Source: Bacteroidota bacterium
GTDB taxonomy: Bacteria; Bacteroidota; JABWAT01
Reading direction: 5' to 3'
Assembly (NCBI GenBank): GCA_020161835.1
Contig: JAIUNL010000008.1
Location: 84,552-148,551 of the forward strand
Length of the DNA stretch: 64,000 nucleotides
The notes under the pieces were generated by a model, which was not told where the DNA came from, ran no database searches, and saw only the letters and a program-made list of their open reading frames with translations. Positions 1 to 9,407 of this stretch are shown in pieces. Within the stretch, counting starts at the first letter, position 1. Each line of letters opens with the position of its first letter. Made by a program: the position numbers and the translations under genes.

Positions 1-1587
1 GATTTCAAGCTTATTGAAGATAAGATGAAAGAAATCGCAAAAAGGGAACTGACCATCCGCCGTCAGGAGCTTTCCCGCGATGAAGCTATAACCTATTTTA
101 AAACGTCACGTCAGGATCTTTATAAAGTTGAAATTCTTGAAAACACCATTAAAGAAGATGATGTTGTTTCAGTCTACCATCAGGGTGAATTTTCAGATCT
201 TTGTACCGGTCCGCATTTACCGAATACATCCCGTTTAAAAGCTGTAAAAGTTTTATCCGTTTCATCCAGTTACTGGAGGGGAGATGCTTCCCGCCAGGTG
301 ATGCAACGTATTTATGCCATAACCTTCCCTAAACAAACCCTTCTTGATGAGTATTTGTTTCAACTTGAAGAAGCCAAAAAACGGGATCACAAGAAACTTG
401 GCAAGCAGCTTCAATTATTTATGTTCAGTCCGATGGTTGGACGTGGATTACCGGTTTGGCTTCCGAACGGAACTATCATCCGCCGTACTCTTGAGCAATT
501 TCTTCGTGAAGAACTTCTGAAACGCGGTTATGTGGAAGTGATTACGCCTCATATTGGTAATCTTGAGATGTACAAAACCTCAGGTCATTACCCGTATTAT
601 TCCGATTCTCAGTTTGCACCGATGACTGTAGAAGATGAACAATATCTTCTGAAACCGATGAACTGCCCGCATCACCACCAGATTTATTCCAATCAGCCAA
701 GATCCTATCGTGATCTTCCGCTTCGTCTGGCTGAGTTTGGTACGGTTTACCGGTACGAACAATCAGGTGAACTCAACGGACTTTCACGGGTTCGTGGTTT
801 TACCCAGGACGATGCACACATTTATTGCACCCATGATCAGTTAAAAGCTGAACTTATCAATGCAATAGAGCTTACTCAGCTCGTTTTCAAGCTTTTCAAC
901 ATGCCGGTAAAAACCCGGTTGTCTTTCTGGGATCCGAACAATAAAGACAAATATGCAGGATCACCTGAAATGTGGGAACAATCACAGGAAGAAATTCTGG
1001 ATGTTGCCAAAACCATGGATCTTGACTACTTTGTAGGAATGGGCGAAGCTGCATTCTACGGTCCAAAATTTGATTTTATTGTAAAGGATGCCATCGGCCG
1101 TAAATGGCAGTTGGGTACCGTTCAGGTTGACTATGTGATGCCTGAGCGTTTCGGTCTTGAATATGTTGGGCCTGAAAACACCAAACTGCGTCCTGTTATT
1201 ATCCATCGTGCACCTTTTGGTTCGATGGAACGTTTCTTAAGTATTCTGATTGAACATTTTGCAGGGAATTTCCCAACCTGGCTGTCACCGGTTCAGGCTG
1301 CGGTTCTCCCGATCAGTGAAGTGTTCAATGACTATGCTGCCGATGTTGAAAAACAATTGGCTGATGCAGGTGTAAGAGTAAAACTGGACCTGCGCAATGA
1401 AAAAATCGGATATAAGATCCGTGACTGGGAAACCCAAAAAGTACCTTACATGCTTGTCATTGGCGGAAAAGAAGCCGAAAGCGGTTCAATTTCCATCAGG
1501 AAGCACGGACAGGGTGATCAGGGAACAGTTCCGGTTGCTGAATTTGTAAAAATGATCAGTACTGAAATCCAGTCCAGAAGTTTGTAA
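1..1587 (+). CDS. thrS: threonine--tRNA ligase, C-terminal ~528 aa; the 5' end lies upstream of the window (the frame is open from nt 1)
   Basis: Class II aaRS catalytic core motifs are present (e.g. ...RGLPVWLPNG..., HRAPFGSMERF). An anticodon-binding C-terminus follows. The conserved thrS-infC-rpmI-rplT neighbourhood supports the call. Confidence 0.9.
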   Translation, partial: DFKLIEDKMKEIAKRELTIRRQELSRDEAITYFKTSRQDLYKVEILENTIKEDDVVSVYHQGEFSDLCTGPHLPNTSRLKAVKVLSVSSSYWRGDASRQVMQRIYAITFPKQTLLDEYLFQLEEAKKRDHKKLGKQLQLFMFSPMVGRGLPVWLPNGTIIRRTLEQFLREELLKRGYVEVITPHIGNLEMYKTSGHYPYYSDSQFAPMTVEDEQYLLKPMNCPHHHQIYSNQPRSYRDLPLRLAEFGTVYRYEQSGELNGLSRVRGFTQDDAHIYCTHDQLKAELINAIELTQLVFKLFNMPVKTRLSFWDPNNKDKYAGSPEMWEQSQEEILDVAKTMDLDYFVGMGEAAFYGPKFDFIVKDAIGRKWQLGTVQVDYVMPERFGLEYVGPENTKLRPVIIHRAPFGSMERFLSILIEHFAGNFPTWLSPVQAAVLPISEVFNDYAADVEKQLADAGVRVKLDLRNEKIGYKIRDWETQKVPYMLVIGGKEAESGSISIRKHGQGDQGTVPVAEFVKMISTEIQSRSL

Positions 1588-1606
1588 TAATCAAGGAGAA
1601 GAACCT

Positions 1607-2143
1607 ATTAACGGTCCTGTTAAACCCTCATCTGATAAAGTCAGAATCAACGAAGATATTCGTGCAAAACGTGTTCGTGTCGTTGATCCGGACGGAATCC
1701 ATGGAATTTATTCCATCCAGGAAGCTTTAGCTTTAGCTGAATCCAAACAGCTTGATCTGGTCGAAATCTCGCCGATGGCAGACCCTCCGGTCTGCAAGAT
1801 TGTAGATTTTGGCAAGTACAAATATGAATTGACGAAAAAAGAAAAAGTCGCCAAGAAAAAACAAACGGTAGTTATTGTTAAGGAAGTACGCTTCCACATC
1901 AATACCGATGTTCACGATTTTGATTTTAAAACCAAACACGCCATCCGGTTTCTTGAAGAAGGTAATAAAGTAAAAGGCTCTGTGATTTTTAAGGGCCGGG
2001 AAATTACTTACCAAAATCAGGGATTGGATCTCCTGAAAAGATTCCTCGAACGCCTTGAAGATTACTGCAAGGTTGATCAGGAGCCAAAGCTGGAAGGCCG
2101 TGCCATGACGGTGATGCTCTCACCGGAGAAAAAGAAAAAATAA
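1607..2143 (+). CDS. infC: translation initiation factor IF-3. A probable AUU start at 1607 is preceded by AAGGAG (1593-1598). The ORF track only shows the ATG-initiated C-terminal part from 1775.
   Basis: The in-frame upstream translation [30 protein letters not shown]... is a canonical IF-3 N-terminal domain. The C-terminal domain reads [27 protein letters not shown] non-AUG (AUU) start is the established autoregulatory feature of infC. Confidence 0.8.
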   Translation: MNGPVKPSSDKVRINEDIRAKRVRVVDPDGIHGIYSIQEALALAESKQLDLVEISPMADPPVCKIVDFGKYKYELTKKEKVAKKKQTVVIVKEVRFHINTDVHDFDFKTKHAIRFLEEGNKVKGSVIFKGREITYQNQGLDLLKRFLERLEDYCKVDQEPKLEGRAMTVMLSPEKKKK

Positions 2144-2162
2144 TAATCAACAAGAGGACGCC

Positions 2163-2357
2163 ATGCCTAAAATGAAAACCAACAAAAGTGCAAAAAAGAG
2201 GTTCAAAGTAACCGGTACCGGAAAAATTCTCCGCGCCAAAGCTTTTGCACGTCACATTTTAACATCCAAATCCCGTAAGCGCAAAAGAAGCCTTCGCAAA
2301 GTCTATGTGATGGCTGAGGTGGATATGCCACGCGTAAAACGGATGCTTGGAATGTAA
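2163..2357 (+). CDS. rpmI: 50S ribosomal protein L35
   Basis: A 64-aa, highly basic protein beginning [21 protein letters not shown]. It sits in the infC-rpmI-rplT operon context. Confidence 0.9.
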   Translation: MPKMKTNKSAKKRFKVTGTGKILRAKAFARHILTSKSRKRKRSLRKVYVMAEVDMPRVKRMLGM

Positions 2358-2383
2358 TCGATATTTAAAATCAGGAGTTTAAA

Positions 2384-2731
2384 ATGCCACGTTCGCAAAA
2401 TAAAGTAGCTTCCCACCGCCGCCGCAAAAAAATTATTGCTCAGGCCAGCGGATATTTCGGTCGCCGTAACGCTGTTTACACCGTTGCAAAAAATGCTGTT
2501 GAAAAAGGTTTAGCCTATTCATTCAGTGACCGCCGGGTTCGTAGACGGAATTTCAGAAATCTCTGGATTGCCCGTATCAACGCAGGTGCACATCAAAACG
2601 GTACAACTTACAGCCGTCTGATCCACGCACTTGATGTAAAGAATATCACACTTAACCGTAAATCACTTGCTGAATTGGCAGTGAACAATCCGGAAGCCTT
2701 TGCAGCTGTTGTAAAACAAGCTCTGGCCTGA
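2384..2731 (+). CDS. rplT: 50S ribosomal protein L20
   Basis: N-terminus MPRSQNKVASHRRRKKI... with the internal motif RRNFRNLWIARINA typical of L20. It lies immediately downstream of rpmI. Confidence 0.92.
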   Translation: MPRSQNKVASHRRRKKIIAQASGYFGRRNAVYTVAKNAVEKGLAYSFSDRRVRRRNFRNLWIARINAGAHQNGTTYSRLIHALDVKNITLNRKSLAELAVNNPEAFAAVVKQALA

Positions 2732-2749
2732 TTTTTCTTTAACCGAAAA

Positions 2750-2793
2750 GGGAACAGTCAGCGGGGCAATGACCTGCAGGCTGTTCCCTTTCT
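2750..2793 (+). terminator. rho-independent terminator or attenuator between rplT and pheS
   Basis: An 8-bp stem (gggaacag ... ctgttccc) encloses a GC-rich loop and is followed by tttcttttttta. Confidence 0.5.
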
Positions 2794-2811
2794 TTTTTTA
2801 TAGAGTGCAAA

Positions 2812-3816
2812 ATGGAAGAACAGATTAAACTGGTTCATGAAGCCATTGATGCTTCTTTGCCTTTGAGTTCATCTGATGCCATTGAAGCTTTCAGAATTCG
2901 TTTTCTTGGCCGGAAGGGAACTGTAAGTGCTCTGTTCGAGCAACTTGGCAGTGTTCCCAAAGAGCAAAAAGGACAAGTTGGAAAGCTGCTCAATGAGCTG
3001 AAGATCAAAGCTCAAAGTGCAATTGATTCTGCTTCTGCTGCCGAAAACGGCAAATCCCTTGTCATCCCCAAAACCGACCTGACTTTACCGGGAACACCCG
3101 TTCAGTTCGGCAGACTTCATCCGTTAACCGTTGTCTTAAATGAAATGATTGAGATTTTCAGATTTCTCGGTTTTTCAGTGGCATCAGGTCCGGAACTGGA
3201 GCATGACTGGTACAATTTTGAAGCATTGAATTTTGAGCATGATCACCCGGCCAGGGATATGCAGGATACTTATTTCATTGATAAGGATCTTCTGCTGAGA
3301 ACTCATACATCACCTGTTCAGATCAGAGTTATGGAAAACCAGAAACCACCGATCAGATCAATCATGCCCGGTCGTGTTTACCGGAATGAAGCCGTTTCTG
3401 CCCGGAGTTACTGTCTGTTTCATCAGCTTGAAGGACTTCTCATTGATAAGAATGTTTCCTTTGTTGATCTGAAAACCATTTTGCTTGCATTTGCCAGGGA
3501 GTTTTTTGGGCCGCAGACAAAAATCAAACTGAGACCTTCCTATTTTCCGTTTACAGAACCTTCCGCTGAAGTTGATGTAAGTTGTCATTTATGTCACGGA
3601 AAAGGCTGCCGGGTTTGCAAACATTCTGGATGGCTTGAAATTCTGGGTTGCGGAATGGTTGACCCCAATGTTCTTAGAGCTGCGAAAATTGATCCGGAAG
3701 TGTATTCTGGATACGCTTTTGGAATGGGAATTGACCGTATTGCCATGATGCGCTACGGAATTGATGACATTCGACTTCTTTGGGATAATAATTTACGGTT
3801 TTTACAACAGTTTTAA
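2812..3816 (+). CDS. pheS: phenylalanine--tRNA ligase alpha subunit
   Basis: 334 aa with class II motifs ([26 protein letters not shown]). It is adjacent to pheT. Confidence 0.92.
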   Translation: MEEQIKLVHEAIDASLPLSSSDAIEAFRIRFLGRKGTVSALFEQLGSVPKEQKGQVGKLLNELKIKAQSAIDSASAAENGKSLVIPKTDLTLPGTPVQFGRLHPLTVVLNEMIEIFRFLGFSVASGPELEHDWYNFEALNFEHDHPARDMQDTYFIDKDLLLRTHTSPVQIRVMENQKPPIRSIMPGRVYRNEAVSARSYCLFHQLEGLLIDKNVSFVDLKTILLAFAREFFGPQTKIKLRPSYFPFTEPSAEVDVSCHLCHGKGCRVCKHSGWLEILGCGMVDPNVLRAAKIDPEVYSGYAFGMGIDRIAMMRYGIDDIRLLWDNNLRFLQQF

Positions 3817-3818
3817 CT

Positions 3819-6233
3819 ATGAAAATCATATACAGCTGGCTTAAAGAATTTGTTGACTTCGACTGGACAGCCGAAGAACTTGCCAATAAACTAACCATGA
3901 CCGGTCTTGAGGTTGAAGGTATTGAACGTACAGGAGCCGGATTTAAAGGCGTTGTAGTCGGAAAAGTCGTTTCCCGTGAAAAACACCCCAATGCTGATAA
4001 ACTCAGTGTTTGTATGGTTGATCTGGGTGACGGACATCCGGTTCAGATTGTTTGTGGAGCGCCAAATGTGGCCGCAGGGCAAACCGTCCCGGTTGCAACT
4101 GTTGGTGCTGTTTTAGGTGGTGATTTTGTTATAAAAAAAGCTGCCATCCGCGGACAGGAATCCAACGGGATGATCTGTTCAAAATCTGAGCTGGGTTTGG
4201 AAGAAGGAAAGTCTGATGGCATCTGGATTCTTGAAGACTCTTTAATTGCAGGACTGGATTTTGCTACCATTCTGAATCTAAAAGAAGATTATGTTCTGGA
4301 AGTTGCTATTACTGCCAATCGGGGTGATGCACTTAGTCATTTGGGTGTTGCCCGTGATGTAGCTGCTCTGGCCGGAAAAATGGTCAGAATACCTGATCTT
4401 TCCATCGACCCGAAATATTTATCTCAATCTGAATCATCAGAAAAAATAAAAATTGAAATAGAAAGTCCGGAAGCCTGTTCAACTTATGTTGGCTGGTATC
4501 TTGAAGGTTTGGAAGCCAGACAGAGTCCGGAATGGATGCAAACCCGGTTGAAACAAATGGGACTTCGGCCACGGAATATTCTGGTTGATGTGACCAATTA
4601 CGTCATGATGGAACTTGGCCAGCCCCTGCACGCATTTGATTACGACCGTTTAAAAACCAAAACCATAAAAGTTAAAACCTTTTCTGGGTTGTCTTTTACA
4701 ACTTTGGATTCCAAGTCCCGCCAACTTCCTGAGAATGCGCTGATGATCTGCGATGGGGAAGAACCCGTTGCAATTGCAGGAATTATGGGCGGAGAAAATT
4801 CTGAAGTGGTTGATTCGACTTCAAAAGTTTTGCTTGAATCTGCGTGGTTTAATCCATCATCAGTTAGAAAAACTGCAAAAAAACTGAGTTTGAGTACTGA
4901 CTCATCTTACCGTTTTGAGCGTGGAATTGATCACAACCTCCAAACTATTGCCGCTCGCCGTGCAACAAAATTAATAGTTGAACTTGGCGGTGGAAAAGCT
5001 TCTTTCAAACCAGTTGAGGCAGTTGCGAAACCGACTCCTGTTTTGGAACTGACACTTCGTTTTGCTCAGGTCAAGCGGATTCTTGGTATCGAAATCCCGA
5101 AAGATACCATTCATCAGATTTTAGATTCTCTTGGCTTTAAAATGGTTGGTGAAAACTCAACTGAAATGATGGTTAAGGTTCCTTCTCACCGCCCGGATGT
5201 TACCCGGGAAATTGATCTCATTGAAGAACTCATCAGAATTTATGGGTTCCATCATGTACCTGAAGCAGAAACAGTTGCCGTTTCTTACACACCTGAGCAA
5301 AAGAGTTACTATTCTGAAGAAAATAATCTTCGTTACCTGTTGAACGGTGCCGGATTTCAGGAAATTCTCTGCAATTCGATGATTCCCAAAGCTGATGCCG
5401 AACTGGTGACTTCTGAAATTGTACCGATTTTAAATCCGCAATCAGAAGACATGGGTATTATGAGACCGGCATTGGCTCCAGGAATGCTGGCAATTGCTGT
5501 AAAAAATCAAAACCATGGACTTGCTGATCTCAAGTTTTTTGAATTGGGACATTGTTTTCTGAAGAAAGCATCAAAACGATATTCAAAAATCACTGGTTAT
5601 GATGAAACCATCCGGTTAGGTTTTCTGCTGTCAGGAAATTTTATGCCGGTTTCGTGGAATCACGAATCTAAAGCGGTTTCCCTTTTCGACTTAAAAGGTT
5701 ACCTGAACGCCGTAGTTGGTGCTTTTCAGTTTGCTGATCCGGTTACCCTTGCTGTGAAGGAAAGCAGCTATTATGAAGATTATCTGACTCTGAATGTGAA
5801 AAATCAGGAAATCGGGTACCTTGGCAAGATTTCCAAATCTGTTCAGAATTTCTATGGTTTGAAGCAGCCTGTTTTTATCGCTGAATTTTATCTGGATGAA
5901 ATCAGATCGTTAAAACCAAAAGTTGCCAGATATCAGGAACTTTCAAAATTTCTTCCAGTTGAAAAAGATATGGCCTTCTGGGTTTCAAAAACAGTTGCTG
6001 CTGATGAAATGCTTCTTGCAATAAAGTCGGTTAACGCTGAATTCATCAGGAATGTGATCATTTTCGATGTATTTGAGGCAAAACAAAATCCCGATCAGGA
6101 AAAATCAGTTGCATTCAGAATGACCCTGCAAAACCCTGAGAAAACCTTCACTGATGATGAAATAGAGGGAATTATGAATGCAATTACCCAAACTCTTGAT
6201 TCTAAATTTAAAGCCAGACTCAGAGGAGCATAA
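3819..6233 (+). CDS. pheT: phenylalanine--tRNA ligase beta subunit
   Basis: 804 aa. It has an N-terminal tRNA-binding (EMAP-like) domain (MKIIYSWLKEFVDF...), then B3/4 and B5 domains, and a C-terminal FDX-ACB-like domain. Confidence 0.92.
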   Translation: MKIIYSWLKEFVDFDWTAEELANKLTMTGLEVEGIERTGAGFKGVVVGKVVSREKHPNADKLSVCMVDLGDGHPVQIVCGAPNVAAGQTVPVATVGAVLGGDFVIKKAAIRGQESNGMICSKSELGLEEGKSDGIWILEDSLIAGLDFATILNLKEDYVLEVAITANRGDALSHLGVARDVAALAGKMVRIPDLSIDPKYLSQSESSEKIKIEIESPEACSTYVGWYLEGLEARQSPEWMQTRLKQMGLRPRNILVDVTNYVMMELGQPLHAFDYDRLKTKTIKVKTFSGLSFTTLDSKSRQLPENALMICDGEEPVAIAGIMGGENSEVVDSTSKVLLESAWFNPSSVRKTAKKLSLSTDSSYRFERGIDHNLQTIAARRATKLIVELGGGKASFKPVEAVAKPTPVLELTLRFAQVKRILGIEIPKDTIHQILDSLGFKMVGENSTEMMVKVPSHRPDVTREIDLIEELIRIYGFHHVPEAETVAVSYTPEQKSYYSEENNLRYLLNGAGFQEILCNSMIPKADAELVTSEIVPILNPQSEDMGIMRPALAPGMLAIAVKNQNHGLADLKFFELGHCFLKKASKRYSKITGYDETIRLGFLLSGNFMPVSWNHESKAVSLFDLKGYLNAVVGAFQFADPVTLAVKESSYYEDYLTLNVKNQEIGYLGKISKSVQNFYGLKQPVFIAEFYLDEIRSLKPKVARYQELSKFLPVEKDMAFWVSKTVAADEMLLAIKSVNAEFIRNVIIFDVFEAKQNPDQEKSVAFRMTLQNPEKTFTDDEIEGIMNAITQTLDSKFKARLRGA

Positions 6234-6502
6234 TGGAACGGGAATCGATTCAGCAATTATGGATCAATTTGCAGGAAATCCAGGAAAAGCTACGGTTACA
6301 GAAGAATGAAATTGACAGATTATTACTGAATAATCAGCAACTGGAAGAAAAACTCAGAGCAAAAGAATCTGATTTGAATCAGATGAGAATGCTTTTTCAA
6401 ACCAATCAGCAAACGGTTACTGAAGAAAAAAAGCAGTTTGAAACCAAAGTGCAAAGTCTGATCGACAGAATTGATTCAATTACCGGTGAGGAGTTAATCT
6501 GA
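6233..6502 (+). CDS. small coiled-coil protein (ZapB-like), translationally coupled to pheT and zapA
   Basis: 89 aa, almost entirely heptad-like Q/E/L/K-rich sequence. It shares ATGA overlaps with both neighbours. Confidence 0.35.
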   Translation: MERESIQQLWINLQEIQEKLRLQKNEIDRLLLNNQQLEEKLRAKESDLNQMRMLFQTNQQTVTEEKKQFETKVQSLIDRIDSITGEELI

Positions 6503-6780
6503 TGGAAACTGTAAAAGTTCACATCTTTGACACAGAATATGCCTTAAAAGGTGATGATCCTGAACTGATCAGAAAATGTGCGTCAGTTGTAGATCAGACG
6601 ATGAGAGAACTCAGCCGTGGTCGTTCAGACCGGTCACCGGTTGCTTTGGCGGTAATTGCTGCACTGAATCTTGCCGAAGAACTCGAAATTCAGAAAAAGA
6701 AAACTGAAGAACCGGATGAGTTTTACCAAACTGAAGTTGAAAAAATGGTCAGGTATACGACTGACTTGCTAAAAGACTGA
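6502..6780 (+). CDS. zapA: cell division protein ZapA
   Basis: 92 aa with the ZapA pattern V.V.I.D.EY.L.G.D...... followed by the RSPVALAVIAALNLAEEL helix. Its size and position after pheT match Bacillus-type synteny. Confidence 0.7.
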   Translation: METVKVHIFDTEYALKGDDPELIRKCASVVDQTMRELSRGRSDRSPVALAVIAALNLAEELEIQKKKTEEPDEFYQTEVEKMVRYTTDLLKD

Positions 6781-7039
6781 TCTCATCCGATATTTGTTTT
6801 GTCGCACCTGCTATTGACACGAACAAAAAGAATCTGACAAATAATACTTCCAGGGGACACAGTTTTTATCTTGTAATGCAGGCCTCACTCCTTCGGGATT
6901 TCATCTCACCTGACACCTTAAGTGGTTATCAGCAGGTGGCCAAAGATGTTCAGTGGAAGCAAGAATTGATAAAACCCTCCCCACCGTGCAGGAAAATGAG
7001 ATTCTTCATTTTCATCAATAGCAGTGTTGCGGCACCTTT

Positions 7040-7978
7040 TTAAATCCCGAATAAAACCTTTTGTTTTCCCGCCAGAATTGACACTTCAATTTCCATTGCC
7101 CGTGTATCAATAATTTCACCATCTGCATGAATTGTTAAATCAACAAGACTTGAAATTGAACCTGCATCAGTTGTAAAGGAAGAAATTTCAGGTTCACTCA
7201 GGTGGGTTCCTTTGATTACTTTTGGGAAAATATCAAAAACACGCATTTTCTTTACCCCTGAAATCACAGTGGCATGAAAAACACCATCGTCGACTTTTGC
7301 ATGTGGGGTTAGTTTAAATATTCCACCGGCATTGGTTCCGTTTCCGAAGGTCATCAGAAATAAATCGATGTGGAAATCTTCTTCATTTGTACGAAGCACG
7401 ATTTTGGGTTCTTTGTATGTAACGAGAGTGGTAACAACCGAATAGATATAAGACAGGATGCCAAGATATTTGAGTTTATTCGCCTTTTCAGCGACGACAG
7501 CATCGAAACCAATTCCGATATTATTGATGAAATACCGTTGAGTATTGTTCGTTTTTACAAATCCGACATCAACTGACCGTTCGTCAAACTTCAAAATCTG
7601 GTCCAGTGCATCATGTACAGATGTCGACATGCCAATCATCTTCATGAAATCATTTCCGGTCCCACAGGGAATCAACCCGAAAACGACAGATGAATCCTGG
7701 ATGCCGTTAATCACTTCATTCACTGTTCCGTCACCACCAACAGCAATGATGTGAGTGGTTCCATTTGGAAGGTAACCTGCCAGTTTAATTGCATCGCCAA
7801 CACCGGTTGTGTATTTGATGTCAGCAGAAATTCCCCGCAATTTTAACTCAGATTCAAGGGTTTCACCATAACTTTTCCCTTTTCCGCCGCCGGCATTTGG
7901 GTTTACGATGAAGTAAAGATGTGAACCAGCCATATAAATATTTTCTCTCTGCCTCGTATATCTTTTAAAGATAAGCAA
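7040..7978 (-). CDS. diacylglycerol-kinase-catalytic-domain lipid kinase (YegS/BmrU/DagK family)
   Basis: 312 aa carrying the DAGK_cat glycine-rich motif IIAVGGDGTVNEVINGI and a C-terminal YegS-like beta domain. Confidence 0.75.
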   Translation of the reverse strand: MLIFKRYTRQRENIYMAGSHLYFIVNPNAGGGKGKSYGETLESELKLRGISADIKYTTGVGDAIKLAGYLPNGTTHIIAVGGDGTVNEVINGIQDSSVVFGLIPCGTGNDFMKMIGMSTSVHDALDQILKFDERSVDVGFVKTNNTQRYFINNIGIGFDAVVAEKANKLKYLGILSYIYSVVTTLVTYKEPKIVLRTNEEDFHIDLFLMTFGNGTNAGGIFKLTPHAKVDDGVFHATVISGVKKMRVFDIFPKVIKGTHLSEPEISSFTTDAGSISSLVDLTIHADGEIIDTRAMEIEVSILAGKQKVLFGI

Positions 7979-7998
7979 TCATCTGTCTAACACCACAT

Positions 7999-9222
7999 TT
8001 AATATCTGGCGGATTTTTCCTGATCAGAACTTACAATCCTGAAAACCTGGTCTTTAATGTGTACATTATCAGGTACGGCAATATCAAGAATAATTCCTTT
8101 TTCGATGGGATGATGACTTAGTACCTGAGAAATGATTTCAGAAACACCTGTTTCTTCAGAAATGAAAAGAAAAGGTTCACCCGGTGTAAAAAGGCTGGAT
8201 TCTACCTTTAATTTGGCGGACATTCCGTCATCAGAAAGTCCTATTATCTTGCCGACATATTCTTTCCTGTAGGGAGAAAGATTGCCTGAAACTTCAGAAA
8301 ATTCAGTTTCACCTGGAATATCAAGAAAAAATCCGTCAGAAAAACCACGGTTATAAACCATTTTGAGCCGGTCCATCAACTCATTTTTCCTGATGTCAGT
8401 TAACTTTCCTTCTGCCCATAAGTCGATGGCAAGGCGGTAAACCGAAACAACGGTTGAAACATATTCAGGTGACCGTTTTCTACCTTCAATTTTAAGTGAA
8501 TCAACACCAGAATTCAAAATCTGTTCGATGAAGGGAAGTGCACACAAATCTTTAGGCGAAAGAACATGATCTTCACCCAAAACCATTTGTTTTTTAGTTT
8601 CAGTATCGGTTAAAGTGACCTGGTAATTCCTGCGGCAAGGCTGAATACAATCTCCACGGTTGGCACTGGTATTAAACATTTCCTGACTCATGAAACAGCG
8701 TCCGGAAACTGCAATACACATTGCCCCGTGAATAAAAACTTCAATTTCCATATTGGTCGATTGTCTGATTTTTTTCACATCATCAAGTGAACATTCACGG
8801 GCGAGCACAATCCGGCTTGCTCCTAATGCTTCATATCTTTTTGCTGACATCGAATTGGAAATGGATGCCTGAGTGGAAATACAGAAGGGAATACCCGCTT
8901 CCTTACAGGCTTCAATAACGGAAAGATCCCAGCAAATAATACTGTCGACCTGAGCACGTGAAGCCAGATTAACCAGGTTTCTCATTTCTTCAAGTTCGTG
9001 TTCATAAACAATCGTGTTCATGACCAGATACGATTTTGCCCCTGCTGAAATACACGCAGATACAACCGAATCGAGATCATCGGGCTGGAAATTTTTTGCC
9101 CGTGCCCTCATGTTAAAAAGTGATGAACCAAAATAGATTCCATCGGCACCGGCATTCAGTGCTGCTTTTAACATGGTTTTATTGCCTGCGGGAGCCATTA
9201 ACTCAGGAACCTTCATAACCAA
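7999..9222 (-). CDS. U32 family peptidase (PrtC/YhbU/RlhA-like)
   Basis: 407 aa. The N-terminus MKVPELMAPAGNKTMLKAALNAGADGIYFG and conserved Cys-containing motifs further along are typical of peptidase U32. Confidence 0.8.
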   Translation of the reverse strand: MVMKVPELMAPAGNKTMLKAALNAGADGIYFGSSLFNMRARAKNFQPDDLDSVVSACISAGAKSYLVMNTIVYEHELEEMRNLVNLASRAQVDSIICWDLSVIEACKEAGIPFCISTQASISNSMSAKRYEALGASRIVLARECSLDDVKKIRQSTNMEIEVFIHGAMCIAVSGRCFMSQEMFNTSANRGDCIQPCRRNYQVTLTDTETKKQMVLGEDHVLSPKDLCALPFIEQILNSGVDSLKIEGRKRSPEYVSTVVSVYRLAIDLWAEGKLTDIRKNELMDRLKMVYNRGFSDGFFLDIPGETEFSEVSGNLSPYRKEYVGKIIGLSDDGMSAKLKVESSLFTPGEPFLFISEETGVSEIISQVLSHHPIEKGIILDIAVPDNVHIKDQVFRIVSSDQEKSARY

Positions 9223-9407
9223 CCTCTTTTTCTTGAAGCGTAAAAATACAGGATTTTATTTGGACTGCTATTAGAAAGTAATTAGAGACACTTAAGTTTG
9301 TACGACTTCTTTTTGTCATTACCTTGCTTTTACTCCCCATTTAAGATTATGTTTGCATAGCAACTATATTTCAACTTGTTACCCAATTAACAGCCTATTT
9401 TTCCAAC

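Noticed and set aside
580-1206. Small minus-strand ORFs (580-762, 982-1206) inside thrS, and similar 60-120 aa ORFs antisense to or nested in pheS, pheT, the histidine kinases, tnaA, S8 peptidase, uvrB, mlaF/D, carA and the GT2 genes
   Set aside because: They lie wholly within well-supported long genes on the opposite strand or in alternative frames. They have no recognisable domains and are typical shadow ORFs.
1708-2255. ORFs 1708-1902(-), 1733-2014(-) and 2004-2255(-) overlapping infC/rpmI
   Set aside because: They are antisense to highly conserved translation genes, and infC is better explained with its AUU start. They are shadow ORFs.
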